From the NCBI GenBank assembly GCA_963845065.1, contig CAWJQQ010000006.1, forward strand, positions 320,001 through 384,000: a DNA stretch of 64,000 bases, given 5' to 3'. This stretch comes from Nitrospirota bacterium (GTDB lineage Bacteria > Nitrospirota > UBA9217). A program made the translations under genes and the position numbers. How positions within the stretch are numbered: the stretch's first letter is position 1; every line of letters begins with the position of its first letter. Shown in pieces: positions 63,703 to 64,000 of the stretch. The notes beneath the pieces were generated by a model. It was not told the origin of the DNA, did not search any database, and saw only the letters and a list, made by a program, of their open reading frames with translations.

Positions 63703-64000
63703 ATCAATGCCTCCTCTTTCGTTCGTGTTGGGGTCAATTTCTTGTCGAATTTGTCTTAAAATATAGCACAATTCGGTGATCTTTTCCACGAAGGCAACAT
63801 TATAAAGCACCAGGCGGGACTTCAGCATCATCCCGCTGACCTTTTCTTCTTCTCGTCTAGTTCCACAATGCAGACGGTGTCCTGGCTTTGAGGCCACGGG
63901 CAGTAACATCCGCATCAGAGTGGGACAGTTAAACCCATCTTCTACACCTGCCAAAAAATAACTTCGCTAAAACAACATGATAAGGGCATCGAAAAGTAGC

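Noticed and set aside
63790..63955. Possible cobalamin riboswitch upstream of the ferritin-like gene (AGCCAGGACACC on minus)
   Set aside because: Only a partial B12-box-like word; the conserved GGGAA and GCAACTGT core is not visible
1..64000. CRISPR array, rRNA, prophage or defence system
   Set aside because: No regularly spaced direct repeats or corresponding genes seen

Overview
64-kb chromosomal segment, probably from an anaerobe. Gene content suggests a Nitrospirota/Desulfobacterota-type organism (inference). From left to right: (1) 1-14.6 kb, a minus-strand Wood-Ljungdahl methyl-branch cluster (acsD, acsE, two cooC, hdrC-hdrB-hdrA-mvhD-metV-metF) interleaved with folate/C1/CoA genes (folE, 5-formyl-THF cyclo-ligase, panB, thyX, PanG-like reductase); mvhD is a UGA-recoded selenoprotein cut short in the ORF track. 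(2) An IS481-like MITE, a vWA membrane protein plus coiled-coil partner behind a sigma-28-like promoter, an intact IS4-family element and rlmN. (3) 20.4-39.1 kb, a Geobacter Che5-like chemosensory cluster (DUF4388/GAF, CheY, CheA, ExeA-like ATPase, CheW, three long MCPs, CheW, HEAT, CheR, CheB, GAF, CheY), including an MCP with a C-terminal PhnD-like domain and an MCP with a c-type heme motif. (4) Housekeeping genes (yajQ, lolA, cdh-like, ftsK, glgP, rnj, tRNA-Leu, ilvE, usp, ferritin-like), a second selenoprotein (DsbA/FrnE-like, UxxC), a dead-NlpC/P60 + DUF1460 fusion, and many decayed elements (IS110, IS630, IS200/605-type hairpins, a group IIC intron remnant, MCP/MBL/NarL pseudogenes). All calls come from reading motifs by eye; no searches were run.
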